A model generated the notes under the pieces. The model did no database searches, had not been told where the DNA came from, and saw nothing but the letters and a program-made list of their open reading frames with translations. Shown piece after piece: positions 29,061 to 39,900 of a DNA stretch of 56,777 nucleotides. The stretch is taken from positions 1-56,777 of the forward strand of contig JAVHQC010000024.1 of NCBI GenBank assembly GCA_036170915.1. Reading direction: 5' to 3'. Numbering within the stretch: position 1 is the stretch's first letter; each line of letters starts with the position of its first letter. The stretch comes from Cyanobacteria bacterium auto_48_18 (GTDB lineage Bacteria; Cyanobacteriota; Vampirovibrionia; Obscuribacterales; Obscuribacteraceae). The translations under genes and the position numbers were made by a program.

Positions 29061-30475
29061 AAACTGACTCGGGAGGGAAATTGCTAAAATTTAAATTGCT
29101 GACTGCCGTATCTGTAATTTCACTGGTCTGCGCATCAATTGCTGCACCAAGCGCCACATCGGTCGCCGCACCAGTCGCCGCTCCAGTTACCGCACATGGC
29201 TCTAAAACTGTGAGCCAAAGTGCAGAGAAATTTTCAAAAATTTCTCTGCGAAATGGCAAGGGCGATTTGCATAGTCGCTGCAATGAGCAGTACCGAGTAA
29301 CGCCAGAATATTGCAAAACCACCCTTGATAAAATTGATTCTATTGTGCGCCAGAACTTTTACGACGCCACGGTAGCTTCCACGGTGTGGCCATCGGCGGT
29401 AGCAAAGATGCGCCCAGCGATTGAATCTTCCAAGAATCTGCAAGATCTGGCCGACAACATTAACTTGCTTGTGGCAGAGCTGCATTCAAGCCACTGCCAG
29501 TTTACGACTGTCAACGATGAGACCTTTTATTTCTTGCACTCTTTGTTTGGCGATTATCTACATCGTAAACATCATCGTGAGCCGCCAAAGATTGATTTTA
29601 CTGGTGCCATTACTGGTGGTGTAAACGCAAAGTTTAAACAAGTTCGCTACATTCTCGATGATTCGCCGGCTTCCCATGCTGGTCTCGAAATTGGCGACGA
29701 GATTGTTTCAGTCAATGGTCATCCGTTTGTTGGGCAGTTATCTTTTGCTGGAACTTCTAAGAATTCCACTGAAATTCTGATTCGCCGGGGAGAGCAAAAG
29801 ATCAGTCTGCGCTTGGTTCCGCAATTGAAGGAAGCCTATGGTACCTATATTCAAGCCTTGAAAAAGAGCGTGCGCATTGATTCGAAAATTATTGAATCTG
29901 GTGGTGCCCAGAAAAAGATTGCTTACATTCACTTCTGGTGCGGTGGAAGCGATGCTCACGATCTCTTCGAAGAGATTCTCAGTGGTGAGAATATTCATAG
30001 TACTGACGGCTTAATTTTAGATTTAAGAGACGGCTACGGTGCTGCCTATTTTGACGATCTGGATTATTTCTATCGTCCAGCCAAGGGTTATCCGGCTTTT
30101 AGAGGTAAATCAAGGAAGGGACTTTCGTCTCCGTCGTATATGTTTTATGATAAGCCCGTGGTAGCACTAATTAATGGTGGCGTCCGCAGTGGCAAAGAAC
30201 TTATGGCATACAGCCTAAAGCAAACAGGTCGAGCACAGCTTGTGGGTGAGAAAACTGCGGGTGCAGTTGTTGGTGGTCGTCTCTTTCCTTTAGACAGTCG
30301 CACCTCCCTCTACTTAGCAGTATCGGGACCTGACAAGGACGGCGTTAACCTGGAAGGTTCAGGTGTGATGCCTGACGTAGAGATACGTAGTTCACTGGTT
30401 GAGCGTGGTGAGAAAGACTTGCAGCTGGAAGAGGCAGAAAAACTTTTGAACAAAATGTTGATAGAGCGTCACTGA
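29057..30475 (+). CDS. S41 family (C-terminal processing-like) peptidase with PDZ domain
   Basis: SPASHAGLEIGDEIVSVNG (PDZ), LILDLRD, SGKE catalytic Ser region, VGEKTAG, LEGSGVMPD; GTGA overlap with TPR gene. Confidence 0.9.
   Translation: MKTDSGGKLLKFKLLTAVSVISLVCASIAAPSATSVAAPVAAPVTAHGSKTVSQSAEKFSKISLRNGKGDLHSRCNEQYRVTPEYCKTTLDKIDSIVRQNFYDATVASTVWPSAVAKMRPAIESSKNLQDLADNINLLVAELHSSHCQFTTVNDETFYFLHSLFGDYLHRKHHREPPKIDFTGAITGGVNAKFKQVRYILDDSPASHAGLEIGDEIVSVNGHPFVGQLSFAGTSKNSTEILIRRGEQKISLRLVPQLKEAYGTYIQALKKSVRIDSKIIESGGAQKKIAYIHFWCGGSDAHDLFEEILSGENIHSTDGLILDLRDGYGAAYFDDLDYFYRPAKGYPAFRGKSRKGLSSPSYMFYDKPVVALINGGVRSGKELMAYSLKQTGRAQLVGEKTAGAVVGGRLFPLDSRTSLYLAVSGPDKDGVNLEGSGVMPDVEIRSSLVERGEKDLQLEEAEKLLNKMLIERH
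29222..29249. repeat. Dispersed palindrome copy C (in-frame within the S41 peptidase gene)
   Basis: GCAGAGAAATTT-TCAA-AAATTTCTCTGC perfect 12-bp arms; encodes AEKFSKISL. Confidence 0.72.
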
Positions 30476-32502
30476 CAAGCATTGACAAAATCGGCTTGCA
30501 ATATCGGATAGCTCACAGCTTGAATGAATTTGTTTGACGTATAGACCGGTGTGGCATCAGTTTTGCGGGGCGGATGATTTTCTCCGCGTACAACCAGAGC
30601 CACGTATTTTTTGAGTTTCTTCGTCAGGTCATTTTTTCTCAAGACCGAAGCAAAATGTTTAGCGGCAATATCTTTGCCAATTTCTTCAGGGTTTTCTAGT
30701 GGCAATACTACCGGCCTGCGTTTTTCTGTTTCGCCACCAAATTCAGTGCTAACGCCCATTTTCTCTGCCGTATAAATTGACACTTTGATATTGCTGCAGT
30801 GGTTTAAGCTCGTACTGCTGGAGAAATCGTCACTGATTACCGACTGAAGCAGTGTGCCGTTTACCCAGGCGATGCGATCGCCGTATTTGGGTTTTATATG
30901 CGGGTGACTTTGCAAATAACGTTTGAGATATTCATTTAGTTTCAGCTCAGTGTATTTGATATTTTTTGCATCGGGGAACTGATAACCCTCTCCACCTTTA
31001 AACGAATAATCGGTCATGCCGATTCTATAGGTGTCAGCAGGACTCACTTCTTGCCATTGGCCAGCTTTTTCTGCCAGCAGGAAAACAATGCGGTCGCCAA
31101 ATTTTCGATCGCTGTCGTAGGCAAATTTTAATCCATGCACGTCTAAAAATTTACCGCCGGTAGACCCACCCACGCTATGTTCAAGTGTCTTTTTAAGTCG
31201 CTCGCCGCTGATATCGGCAAAAACCAGATGGTTTTCGAAAGGCAGTAATTCTTCAATTTTTTCTAGAGTAATATTGCCCTGCTCTATGCGAGAGCGAATG
31301 CCACCGCGATTTTCAAATGTGATCTGCGCGCCATCATCTTTGCCTGCTTCATAGAATGAATCGCAAATTAGATCACCCAGGGCAGAGTCTGTTTTCATGC
31401 CGCGAAAATTGTTGTCGAAATCTTTGCTGGCAACGCTAACGACTGTATCTCTCAGAGACTTAAGAGGCTCGCCTTTGCGCTCCAAATAATCTTTTATATC
31501 TTTGTCTTCGGGAATAGCAGGGGTTATGGGCAGCAATTGATAGCGAGTCGCAGCAGTATTTACCACTCCGCTGTTGTCGAAAACCAATTGCAATTTGCCT
31601 AGATTGCGGCCATAGTTGCCAGTTTGCACGATTATGGTATGACTGCCGTCATCATGCTTCACCACTATCGAGGCAGCTAGTCGAGTGTGACTGTGACCGC
31701 CGATAATGGCATCAACTTGCGGTATTTGAGCGGCGAGAATCTTATCGGCTTCAAGGCCGCAGTGAGTAACGAGAACGATTTTGTTTACGCCCTCAGCCGC
31801 TACTCTTTCAACTTCGTCTTTAATTGGGCTGACCCAACTGAGGTCGTCTCTGCTGTCAGCTTGAAGCGCCCGGCCGCGTTTTAGTTCGACACCATCACGG
31901 TTAAGCGAAAGAGTTTCAATATCAGGAGTTATGGCACCAACGAAAGCTACTTTCTGCCCATTGATAGTTTTAATCACAGATGGTTTAAGAATTTTTTTCA
32001 GTTGCGGCAAAGCCGTGGCGTCAAGATTGCAATTGAGCACATCAAAATGTGCCTTGGCCAGCTGATCGGCCATATTGATGCCACCTTCGTCAAATTCATG
32101 GTTGCCGATGGTATAAACATCGTAGCCAATCATATTGAGCAGTTCGACTTCCACCTCGCCTTTGTAGCGCGTGAAAAAAGCCGTGCCCTGAAAAATATCG
32201 CCGGCGTCAGCGACAATTGTATGTCCGCTGTTTTCTTTTCTTAGCTGGCGCACCAAATGGCCTAATCGGGCCATACCCCCCACAATTTTACCCCTGTCTT
32301 GGAAGGGCTGATCGTGGGCATGAATGTCATTAGTATGTAATATGGTCAAAGAGAAGGGTTTTGTTTCTTTATCAGCCAGGGCTTGCGGTAAAGAGGACAC
32401 GAGGAGAGCGCCGATGAGGCCAGTAAAAGTCAACAAGACAGCCAGCGCAAGGTTTTTGCTTACCCTGCTGGTTGGTTTTGCGATTTTGCTTTTCTCAGTC
32501 AT
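30469..32502 (-). CDS. Exported bifunctional metallophosphatase/5'-nucleotidase (UshA-like)
   Basis: LHTNDIH, DAGD, GNHEFD, GGHSH, NRGGIR, LPFEN; signal peptide; AAAGGGG SD. Confidence 0.93.
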   Translation of the reverse strand: MTEKSKIAKPTSRVSKNLALAVLLTFTGLIGALLVSSLPQALADKETKPFSLTILHTNDIHAHDQPFQDRGKIVGGMARLGHLVRQLRKENSGHTIVADAGDIFQGTAFFTRYKGEVEVELLNMIGYDVYTIGNHEFDEGGINMADQLAKAHFDVLNCNLDATALPQLKKILKPSVIKTINGQKVAFVGAITPDIETLSLNRDGVELKRGRALQADSRDDLSWVSPIKDEVERVAAEGVNKIVLVTHCGLEADKILAAQIPQVDAIIGGHSHTRLAASIVVKHDDGSHTIIVQTGNYGRNLGKLQLVFDNSGVVNTAATRYQLLPITPAIPEDKDIKDYLERKGEPLKSLRDTVVSVASKDFDNNFRGMKTDSALGDLICDSFYEAGKDDGAQITFENRGGIRSRIEQGNITLEKIEELLPFENHLVFADISGERLKKTLEHSVGGSTGGKFLDVHGLKFAYDSDRKFGDRIVFLLAEKAGQWQEVSPADTYRIGMTDYSFKGGEGYQFPDAKNIKYTELKLNEYLKRYLQSHPHIKPKYGDRIAWVNGTLLQSVISDDFSSSTSLNHCSNIKVSIYTAEKMGVSTEFGGETEKRRPVVLPLENPEEIGKDIAAKHFASVLRKNDLTKKLKKYVALVVRGENHPPRKTDATPVYTSNKFIQAVSYPILQADFVNACQ

Positions 32503-32962
32503 GGCGTTACCCCTTTCTTTTGTATACGCTCAATCGGGTCAAAAAGTTCGAAATTTGAGCTGCGAATTTGTAACTGAGGGTGAATGCCCCGTAGAAGTGG
32601 CTTCGATGCGTTGCGAACTGGATCTCGACCCGTTCGACGCACCAATGTCTTCGCGCATTTATGCAGACTACAAGAATATAAGCCAACGTTCCATCTCTGC
32701 TGTCAAGTTCAGAGTGCGTTTCGTTGATGCCGAAGGTGTCGATAGAGGTTCTTTCCACGCTGTGGACAGCGCTTTTGTACCTGCCGGTGGAACTAAAGGC
32801 CACAAATGGAAAAGAGATTTTACTCTTCATCCCAGTGTGGTAGGCATGAAAGTAAGAGTTCTACAAGTCAAGTATTCGGAAGGTGGTGACTGGACCAGTG
32901 TAAAAATGCAAGAGCTGGCGCAACCGGGTGTCGCCCCACCCTCACCTGCTGCCGCTCCGTAA
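32414..32962 (+). CDS. Exported hypothetical protein (beta-rich)
   Basis: ATG 32414 with GAGGAG SD 7 nt upstream; signal peptide ending VYA-Q; Pro/Ala-rich tail. Confidence 0.72.
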   Translation: MRPVKVNKTASARFLLTLLVGFAILLFSVMALPLSFVYAQSGQKVRNLSCEFVTEGECPVEVASMRCELDLDPFDAPMSSRIYADYKNISQRSISAVKFRVRFVDAEGVDRGSFHAVDSAFVPAGGTKGHKWKRDFTLHPSVVGMKVRVLQVKYSEGGDWTSVKMQELAQPGVAPPSPAAAP

Positions 32963-32974
32963 TTATTTTTCAGC

Positions 32975-33691
32975 ATGAAGTATTCGACCGCAGAAGCGAT
33001 TGAGAAGAATGGTTTTGCTTTAGTAGAGGCAGTGATTGATGACAGGGAGCTTGTCCTTTTAATTGCTGCCATCGAATCATTGACACCGAGTTCAGCACAG
33101 GCTGGCCAACGGCATTTGCTAAAGCGCAGTTTGGCTGTGCGTAACTTTGCAAGATCTAAGAAGATGCTGGCTCTGGCTTCTCTTGCAGCAGGGTCAAAAG
33201 CGAGACCAGTGAAGGCCATTCTTTTTGATAAAACCGAAGGTGCTAATTGGTATGTCACCTGGCATCAAGATTTAACCATTGCCGTGCACGAGCGAAAAGA
33301 TGTAGAAGGTTTCGGCCCCTGGTCAATGAAAGACGGTGTTCCGCATGTGCGTCCTACTTTGGATGTTTTGCAGGATATGATTGCTCTGCGCGTGCATTTA
33401 GATGATTGTCCTGCAGATAATGGTGCTATTAAATTCATTCCAGGATCGCACCGGAGCGGTGTTCTTGACGGCGATGCAATTTCGCAATGGCGCGGTCGGG
33501 TCCAAGTTTACGGTGCAGCCAAACGAGGCGACATTATTGTCATGCGGCCACTGATTTTGCACAGCTCTTCGCCATCGGTAAATCCGAAAAATCGGCGGGT
33601 TCTGCACTTCGAATCTGCAACTCAAGACTTACCAGCGGGTCTAAAGTGGGCGGAAGCGAGCGGTCTTGATGGGGTGGAGACATCTGACTGA
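32975..33691 (+). CDS. Phytanoyl-CoA dioxygenase (PhyH) family Fe(II)/2-oxoglutarate dioxygenase
   Basis: WHQD...HLDD...NG..FIPGSH...LHSS...RRVLH. Confidence 0.9.
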   Translation: MKYSTAEAIEKNGFALVEAVIDDRELVLLIAAIESLTPSSAQAGQRHLLKRSLAVRNFARSKKMLALASLAAGSKARPVKAILFDKTEGANWYVTWHQDLTIAVHERKDVEGFGPWSMKDGVPHVRPTLDVLQDMIALRVHLDDCPADNGAIKFIPGSHRSGVLDGDAISQWRGRVQVYGAAKRGDIIVMRPLILHSSSPSVNPKNRRVLHFESATQDLPAGLKWAEASGLDGVETSD

Positions 33692-33918
33692 TGCCACCTG
33701 CTGTGGTACCACCATTACAACCATGTTTTATCGGTCATGGCAGCTAGTTTTAGTGGGGCAGTATCTGATAAAGCATTATGCTGAAGAGCCTTATAAATTC
33801 TTGTATGCGGCCGGCCATGAGCTTCCTACCAGTTGTATTGTCGAACTGATATTGACTGGTGTTGTATTGTATATCCACTGCTAAAAATTGAATATTTCTC
33901 TCTATGGGAGGTTCGGAT

Positions 33919-34170
33919 ATGGCTCACGCCCGGGAGCCGATCACGACGATCCTTGCCATGGTTGTTGTTGCGCTCGCATGTTTTGTGGTCGCAAAAGCAA
34001 CCTGGCAGGTACTGCTTCTTGCTTTTGTCGTTGTGTGTTTCGGTTGTTGTCTCTATAAGTTAATTGAAAAGGATGGTCGCTCCCATAGCCAATTAAAGCC
34101 AGAAGGACGAGAGTCTCTTGCACCACAAGATTCGCTCGACCGCATGGCTCGCCGTAGGCACTATATTTAG
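33919..34170 (+). CDS. Small hypothetical membrane protein (2 TM)
   Basis: GGAGG SD before ATG 33919; two hydrophobic helices. Confidence 0.55.
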   Translation: MAHAREPITTILAMVVVALACFVVAKATWQVLLLAFVVVCFGCCLYKLIEKDGRSHSQLKPEGRESLAPQDSLDRMARRRHYI

Positions 34171-34380
34171 TATCAATTTTTACCGGCAGATGTTCACTTC
34201 TGCTTGCGAATGTTGAGCTAGCACTGTAACCGTACTATTGTTCTAACCAAATTGTTTATTGCTCTTTGTGGGCTGCTGTTCGTCAGTAGCTCACTTTTTT
34301 TATCATCAACTGACTTAAATGGTGGAATAGTGGGGGTCTATTGGTATAGATAATTTAGTAGGTCTAGGTGGAGTGTATGA

Positions 34381-36567
34381 ATGGAGCCAGGTAGCCGCGG
34401 TGAAATACTGATTGTCGACGACGATCAGGCATTTCGAGCCTTTGTGTCGGCTTTGCTGACTCGCCGAGGGTTTAAGGTTTGGGAAGCTCGTTCAGTCAGA
34501 GACGGCGAGCAAATTTTGCATGCTTCTAAACCGCGACTTTTGATTGTCGACTATAGAATTCCAGATATGGATGGGGTGACCTGGATTGGAAAGCTACGCG
34601 ATGAAGGTAACACTGTTCCCATCGCCTTTGTCAGTGGGTCATGGTGCGACCATAAAACTTTTAATTGGCTACGCAATATTCTAAAAGTTTCTCTGGTTTT
34701 GCAGAAACCGGTGGATCCTGAAATTTTTGTTGAGTCTATCGACAGCATTTTGCCCATGTCTCAATATCGGCCTCCAGAACGGGCCAATGTTGAAGTCATC
34801 GACCACGTCTCAATTATTGACCGCGAGATCGAGAATATTCTCAGAGAATATCCACAATCAGATGTGGTGGCTGCTGAGCTGGCGAAGCTGGGCAATCTGG
34901 AAACTCAACCAGAGTCTGTGCTTTTTGGCAAACTCACCAACCTGCGCAATATGCTCGAAGTTGAAGATTCGTTGCGGGTCGCTCGGGCCAGCTATCTAAA
35001 TGAACTGGCGTCGACCTGGGCTCATTTAACCACTGTTTTGAGATTACTCAAGGAAGACCCTTTGAACCGCGGCGCCGTTGAAGAAATAATGAGCGCAACG
35101 CACAAGGTTAAAGGAACAGCCGGGTCGTTTCAACTGACCACCATTGGCAAATGTGCAGCGCGCTTGGAAAATATTATTCAAGCCCATGATCCACACGCTT
35201 CTGATACTGAAAGCGAAATCATCTGGTCTGAAGTTTTTCGCGTTCTGGCCGATGGTGAGCTCGCCATTATTGAGGCCCAAGAACAATTCGCCGGTGATCT
35301 TTTCGACACAGTAGAGCAGCGCGCTCGATTGTTAGCAGTCGCTGATGCAGAAAGCGCCGAACAACTCGGGGCATACAGAAACTGTGCTGACCTTTCTATT
35401 GCCACAAGCCATTCGTCTGCCCTGACAAGCTTAAGTCGGGGAAACTTTGACGCTGTGATAGTCGCCGAACCATTCGCCAGCGCGCCAGATCTACTTAGTT
35501 TTTGTCGCGATTTGCGCCTGGCATCCGCTATTTCAGCAGTGCCACTGCTGATGGTGTCTGATCAATTATCCACCGTGGCTTCTGATACGCTCACGCCAGA
35601 CAAAATTAGCTATGCCGGTTTCTCTGAAGTTTTTCCATTAAATCCTGATCCAGAAGCTCTAGCTCTAGTCGTGGCCGAGATGGTCGACTATTCACTGCGC
35701 AGCAAGCCTCGTGTTCTCATTGTCGATGACGATAAGGCGCTGACAGACTTCGTCTCGCGAGTGTTATATCTACATGGCTTCAGTGTAGAAACGCTCAACG
35801 AACCGATTCGTATCATTGAAACTTTGAGTCGTTTCGACCCTGAAGTTGTGGTGTTAGATGTAATCATGCCTGGCCTGAGCGGTTATGATGTCTGTCGCGA
35901 AATTCGTAAGCACGAGCGCTGGCGCGATCTGCCTGTGCTTTTCTCAACTGCGAAGAGCAATCAAGAGGGTCGAGTATTGGCTTTCCGTGCCGGCGGCGAC
36001 GATTTAATCAGCAAACCGGTGCTGAAAGAAGAGCTCATTGCCAGAGTTACTTCCTACTCGGAACGCACGAGGCTGCGGGGCAACAGTATTGACAGCGATC
36101 AGCTCACCAAGCTGCTTTCCCGTAATGGTTTCACTATTGAAGCCGAGAAACGCATGAGCGAATGTACTGATATCGAAATTCCTTTCACACTGGCTTTTGT
36201 TTCAGTTGATGCCTTCGATGAGGTTCATCAAGCCTTTGGCATGATTGCCGCAGAATCAGTATTAGCTTCACTGGGCTCACTAATTCGTGGCCGCTTCGAG
36301 CCTTCTGTAGTGAAAGGGCGGTGGGCTGAACGCGTTTTTGCTTTGGCATTCACAGACCTGACGATTGAGCAGGCTGAGCAATTAGTTCGATTGCTCGACC
36401 AAGAGTTTTCTGATCTCGAGTTCGACGCTGAAGATGGCGCCAGCTTTAGGGTCTCACTCAGTGTAGGTTTTGCTTGCGCGCCGCTGCAGGGCCAGAAGTT
36501 CACGGACGTGCGAGAGGCTGCTGCCGAGAATCTTCTATCACAGATGAGAGAGAAGTCTCCCCTATGA
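34381..36567 (+). CDS. Multidomain response regulator: REC-HPt-pseudoREC-REC-degenerate GGDEF
   Basis: IVDDD/DYRIPDMDG; HPt HKVKGTAGSF; VLDVIMPGLSG; DQLTKLLSR...RWAERVF...SLSVG GGDEF-like fold. Confidence 0.88.
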   Translation: MEPGSRGEILIVDDDQAFRAFVSALLTRRGFKVWEARSVRDGEQILHASKPRLLIVDYRIPDMDGVTWIGKLRDEGNTVPIAFVSGSWCDHKTFNWLRNILKVSLVLQKPVDPEIFVESIDSILPMSQYRPPERANVEVIDHVSIIDREIENILREYPQSDVVAAELAKLGNLETQPESVLFGKLTNLRNMLEVEDSLRVARASYLNELASTWAHLTTVLRLLKEDPLNRGAVEEIMSATHKVKGTAGSFQLTTIGKCAARLENIIQAHDPHASDTESEIIWSEVFRVLADGELAIIEAQEQFAGDLFDTVEQRARLLAVADAESAEQLGAYRNCADLSIATSHSSALTSLSRGNFDAVIVAEPFASAPDLLSFCRDLRLASAISAVPLLMVSDQLSTVASDTLTPDKISYAGFSEVFPLNPDPEALALVVAEMVDYSLRSKPRVLIVDDDKALTDFVSRVLYLHGFSVETLNEPIRIIETLSRFDPEVVVLDVIMPGLSGYDVCREIRKHERWRDLPVLFSTAKSNQEGRVLAFRAGGDDLISKPVLKEELIARVTSYSERTRLRGNSIDSDQLTKLLSRNGFTIEAEKRMSECTDIEIPFTLAFVSVDAFDEVHQAFGMIAAESVLASLGSLIRGRFEPSVVKGRWAERVFALAFTDLTIEQAEQLVRLLDQEFSDLEFDAEDGASFRVSLSVGFACAPLQGQKFTDVREAAAENLLSQMREKSPL

Positions 36568-36965
36568 TCATTACTGAAGATAGAACAGTGCTGCTTGTGG
36601 AGGACGACGACCACATTCGCCTGATTGTCAAAATCAGTTTGTCAAAACTGACAAAGTGGAAAATTATAGAAGCGCGTGATGGCTTTCAGTGCCTTGAAGT
36701 AGCGGCAAAAATAGTTCCCGATTTAATTTTGATGGACGTGATGATGCCTGGCATGGACGGTGTCACGACATTTTCTTCCTTGAAAAAGAATGAAAACCTG
36801 AAAAATATTCCTGTGATTTTTATGACGGCGAAAGTGCAACAGGAAGAGATTGATGACTACATCAAGCTTGGCGCCTGCGGTGTGATCACTAAACCTATTG
36901 ATCCAATGACTCTACCGCAGAGCATCGCAGCCATTTTCGCAGCAAAAACAGTTGTCGATGGATAA
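36564..36965 (+). CDS. Single-domain response regulator (CheY-like)
   Basis: VEDDD, LMDVMMPGMDG, FMTAK, KPID; ATGA overlap with upstream stop. Confidence 0.92.
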   Translation: MIITEDRTVLLVEDDDHIRLIVKISLSKLTKWKIIEARDGFQCLEVAAKIVPDLILMDVMMPGMDGVTTFSSLKKNENLKNIPVIFMTAKVQQEEIDDYIKLGACGVITKPIDPMTLPQSIAAIFAAKTVVDG

Positions 36966-39900
36966 GGCACAAGAATTGTCTGGTCGCCTGAAAGCCCTGA
37001 CTGCGAGGGCGCCGCAATTTGCCGCCAGATCAGTAGTGGTGGCATTGTCATTTATGCTTTTGATTTTTGTCAGCTTTTCCTTATTTACTTTCAACCAGCA
37101 ATCGACAATGATTAGCTATCGCACTGCTTTACTTCAAAGCTATCACCGCGTCGGTCATCTGGAAAGTGTCATCAGTTTGCTCCGAGAAGCTGAAGCTGGT
37201 CAGCGGGGCTATTTGCTCAGCCATGAGGAGCGCTATCTCGACAACTTTGAGAAGGCCACCAGAGAGTTGCCAGCTGTTTTTGAGAAATTGTTGAGCTCCC
37301 CTCAATTAAAACAGTTAGACCGTTCTGCTTTGCAGAAAGTTCAGAAACTTTGTGTAGATAAAGTAGAAGAGCTAAGACAGACCGTAGAACTTGAACGTTC
37401 CGGCAATCAACCTTCTGCCCATCAAGTATTTAAAAGTGGTGTTGGGCGTGCCACCATGCAGCAGATTAGCAGCAGCATAGGGGCTCTAACTGCTCAAGAA
37501 ACAGCTAAGCGTGCCACGCTGGAAAAATACTTGCACGACTTTACAGAAAGATCAACTACAGCCACTGTTGTGGTGTTAATTGTTGCGGCTCTGGCACTAT
37601 TCGGTTTTGCCGGCATTGTAGTGCGTTTATTTGTTGCGAATTTGGAGAATACCAAACGCTCGCTGGCCTTCGCTCTAGAGATACGTGATGCTCGCGATCG
37701 CTTAGACACGGTGCTTAAGAGCATGGACGAAGGCCTACTTTTATTTGATACCAGTAGCAGTGTCACTTTTGCTAATCAATCGGCTGAAGAATTATTTGGT
37801 CGAAAGAACGAAGAGCTGATCGGTAAGACATTCCATCAGCTCTTTGCTGGTACCACCAGTCGGGAGTTAATTGAGTACTTAAGCCTAGCTAGTGTTTTTG
37901 AAAAGCAGAATAGCTTGCGTCACCTCGAGCTGCAATTGGTGCGCGACGATCAAAAGCCACTGTCTGTCAGTGCTACGGCTTCACCATTGCTGCACAATAA
38001 TATCATTACAGGCGCCGTTTTAACTTTTTTTGATACTACTGCTAAAGTCGAGAGTGAAAAAAGACTGCACGCGCAATTTGAAATTACAAAAATTTTGGCC
38101 AAGCAAATTCCAATCGAGAACGCAGCGCGTAAAATTATCGAGTTAATTTGTGAGCAGTTTGACTGGAGCGCCGGAGCGGCTTTTGTCTTAGAAGATCAAA
38201 AAACTTTTTTGCGGCCTTTCGCCTTCGCTGGTAGTGCTGGTACTGAAGAATTCGGTAAAGCTATTTCGGGCTTACAGGTTGAATTAGGGCAGTGTTTGGC
38301 CGGAAAAGTGTGGGAGGCCGAACAGCCTATTTGGGAGGTTGATCTGTGCGCCACAGAAAATTTTACTCTTAAAGAAGAAGGTTTGCGTGCCGGTATTCAC
38401 GCTGCTATTGGGGTGCCTTTCTTTTCCCGGCAAGAATTTTACGGTGTGCTGTTATTCTACTCACAGGAAGTGCGAGAAAGGGATCAATCACGATTGCTGA
38501 TGCTGAGCGCTATTTGCTCACAGTTAGGACAATATCTGGAAGTTAATGACGCCAGACAAATGCTTATTGCCAATGAACGAAAATTCCGCGCCATTTTTGA
38601 CAAGCAGTTTGAGCTGATCGGATTGCTCAGTGTTGAGGGAAAAATTCTTGATGCCAATTCAGCGGCGCTTAGAATGGCTGGCACAACTAGAGACCAGGTG
38701 GAAGGCCAGGACTTCTGGCTCGGACCATGGTGGGCTCATAGCGAAGCGGTCCAGCAGCGAGTCAAGGAGAGCATAGCCAAAGCTGCTCAAGGCGAGTTTG
38801 ATCGTTTTGAAACTGAGCATCTTCATGACGATCAAGTAGTGTATATAGACTTTTCCATGCAGCCTTTACTTGATGATGACGGTAAAGTTGTGATGTTAAT
38901 TCCGGAAGGACGAGATATCACTTCTCTTAAACAGGCTCAGGAGAAACTGGCTGAAAGCGAAGCAATGTTTCGAAGGCTGACTGAAAACGTCAAAGCGATT
39001 TTCTGGATTGCAAATTTAGATGGCAAAATTCTCTATTTGAGCCCTGCTTATGAATCGATTACCGCCGGCAGCATAGCTGATGTTTTAGCAAACGCCGATT
39101 TGTTTTTCCAGACAGTACAAGATGCAGATCGCGCCATTGTGCGCGGTTTGTTAAAAGATCAATCAGGAGACGAAGTACAATTTCGCCTGGCTCGCCCCGA
39201 GCAAGATGAAGCTTGGATTTCGGCGCGCTCATTTCCTATCTATGACACTGGCGGACAATTTATTCAAATGTGTGGAGTAGCCGAAGACATCAGTGAGCGT
39301 AAACGTGCAGAAAAAAGAGTGAGCGAATTTTACTCTACTGTTTCGCACGAGTTGCGCAGTCCACTTACCTCCATTAGAGGCTCTCTGGGGCTGATTGAGG
39401 GCGGTTTAGTTGGTGAGGTCAGCGAGGAAGCCTCTACCTTTATCACCATCGCCAGAGTTGAATCTGACAGGCTGATTCGCATGATCAATTCAATTTTGGA
39501 CCTGGACAAAATTGAAGCCGGCAAACTTGAATTGAAAATGCAAGAAATAGTTCCGGAAGAACTAGTGGGCACAGCACTCGATAATCTTCAAGGCATGGCC
39601 ATTGAAGCCAACGTCACTCTTAAAAAAGGGATTAACTGCGACGATCCAATTAGGCTGGATAGAGATCGCATCACCCAAGTCTTAACCAATTTGATTTCCA
39701 ACAGCATCAAGTTTTCGCCAAAGAGTTCAGTCATTACTGCCAATAGTGAGAGGACTGGTGAGCATGTGCGTTTTTCAATTCAAGATCAAGGGGCCGGTAT
39801 CAGCGCTAAAGACTTGCCTAAGCTTTTCGGTAAATTTAAACAGCTCGACTCTTCCGATAGCCGCTCTCAAGGTGGTACAGGTCTAGGGCTGGCAATTTCA

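Noticed and set aside
33666..34063. Short ORFs 33666..33884 and 33833..34063
   Set aside because: No SD or motif, and they overlap better-supported genes; cannot be supported as coding
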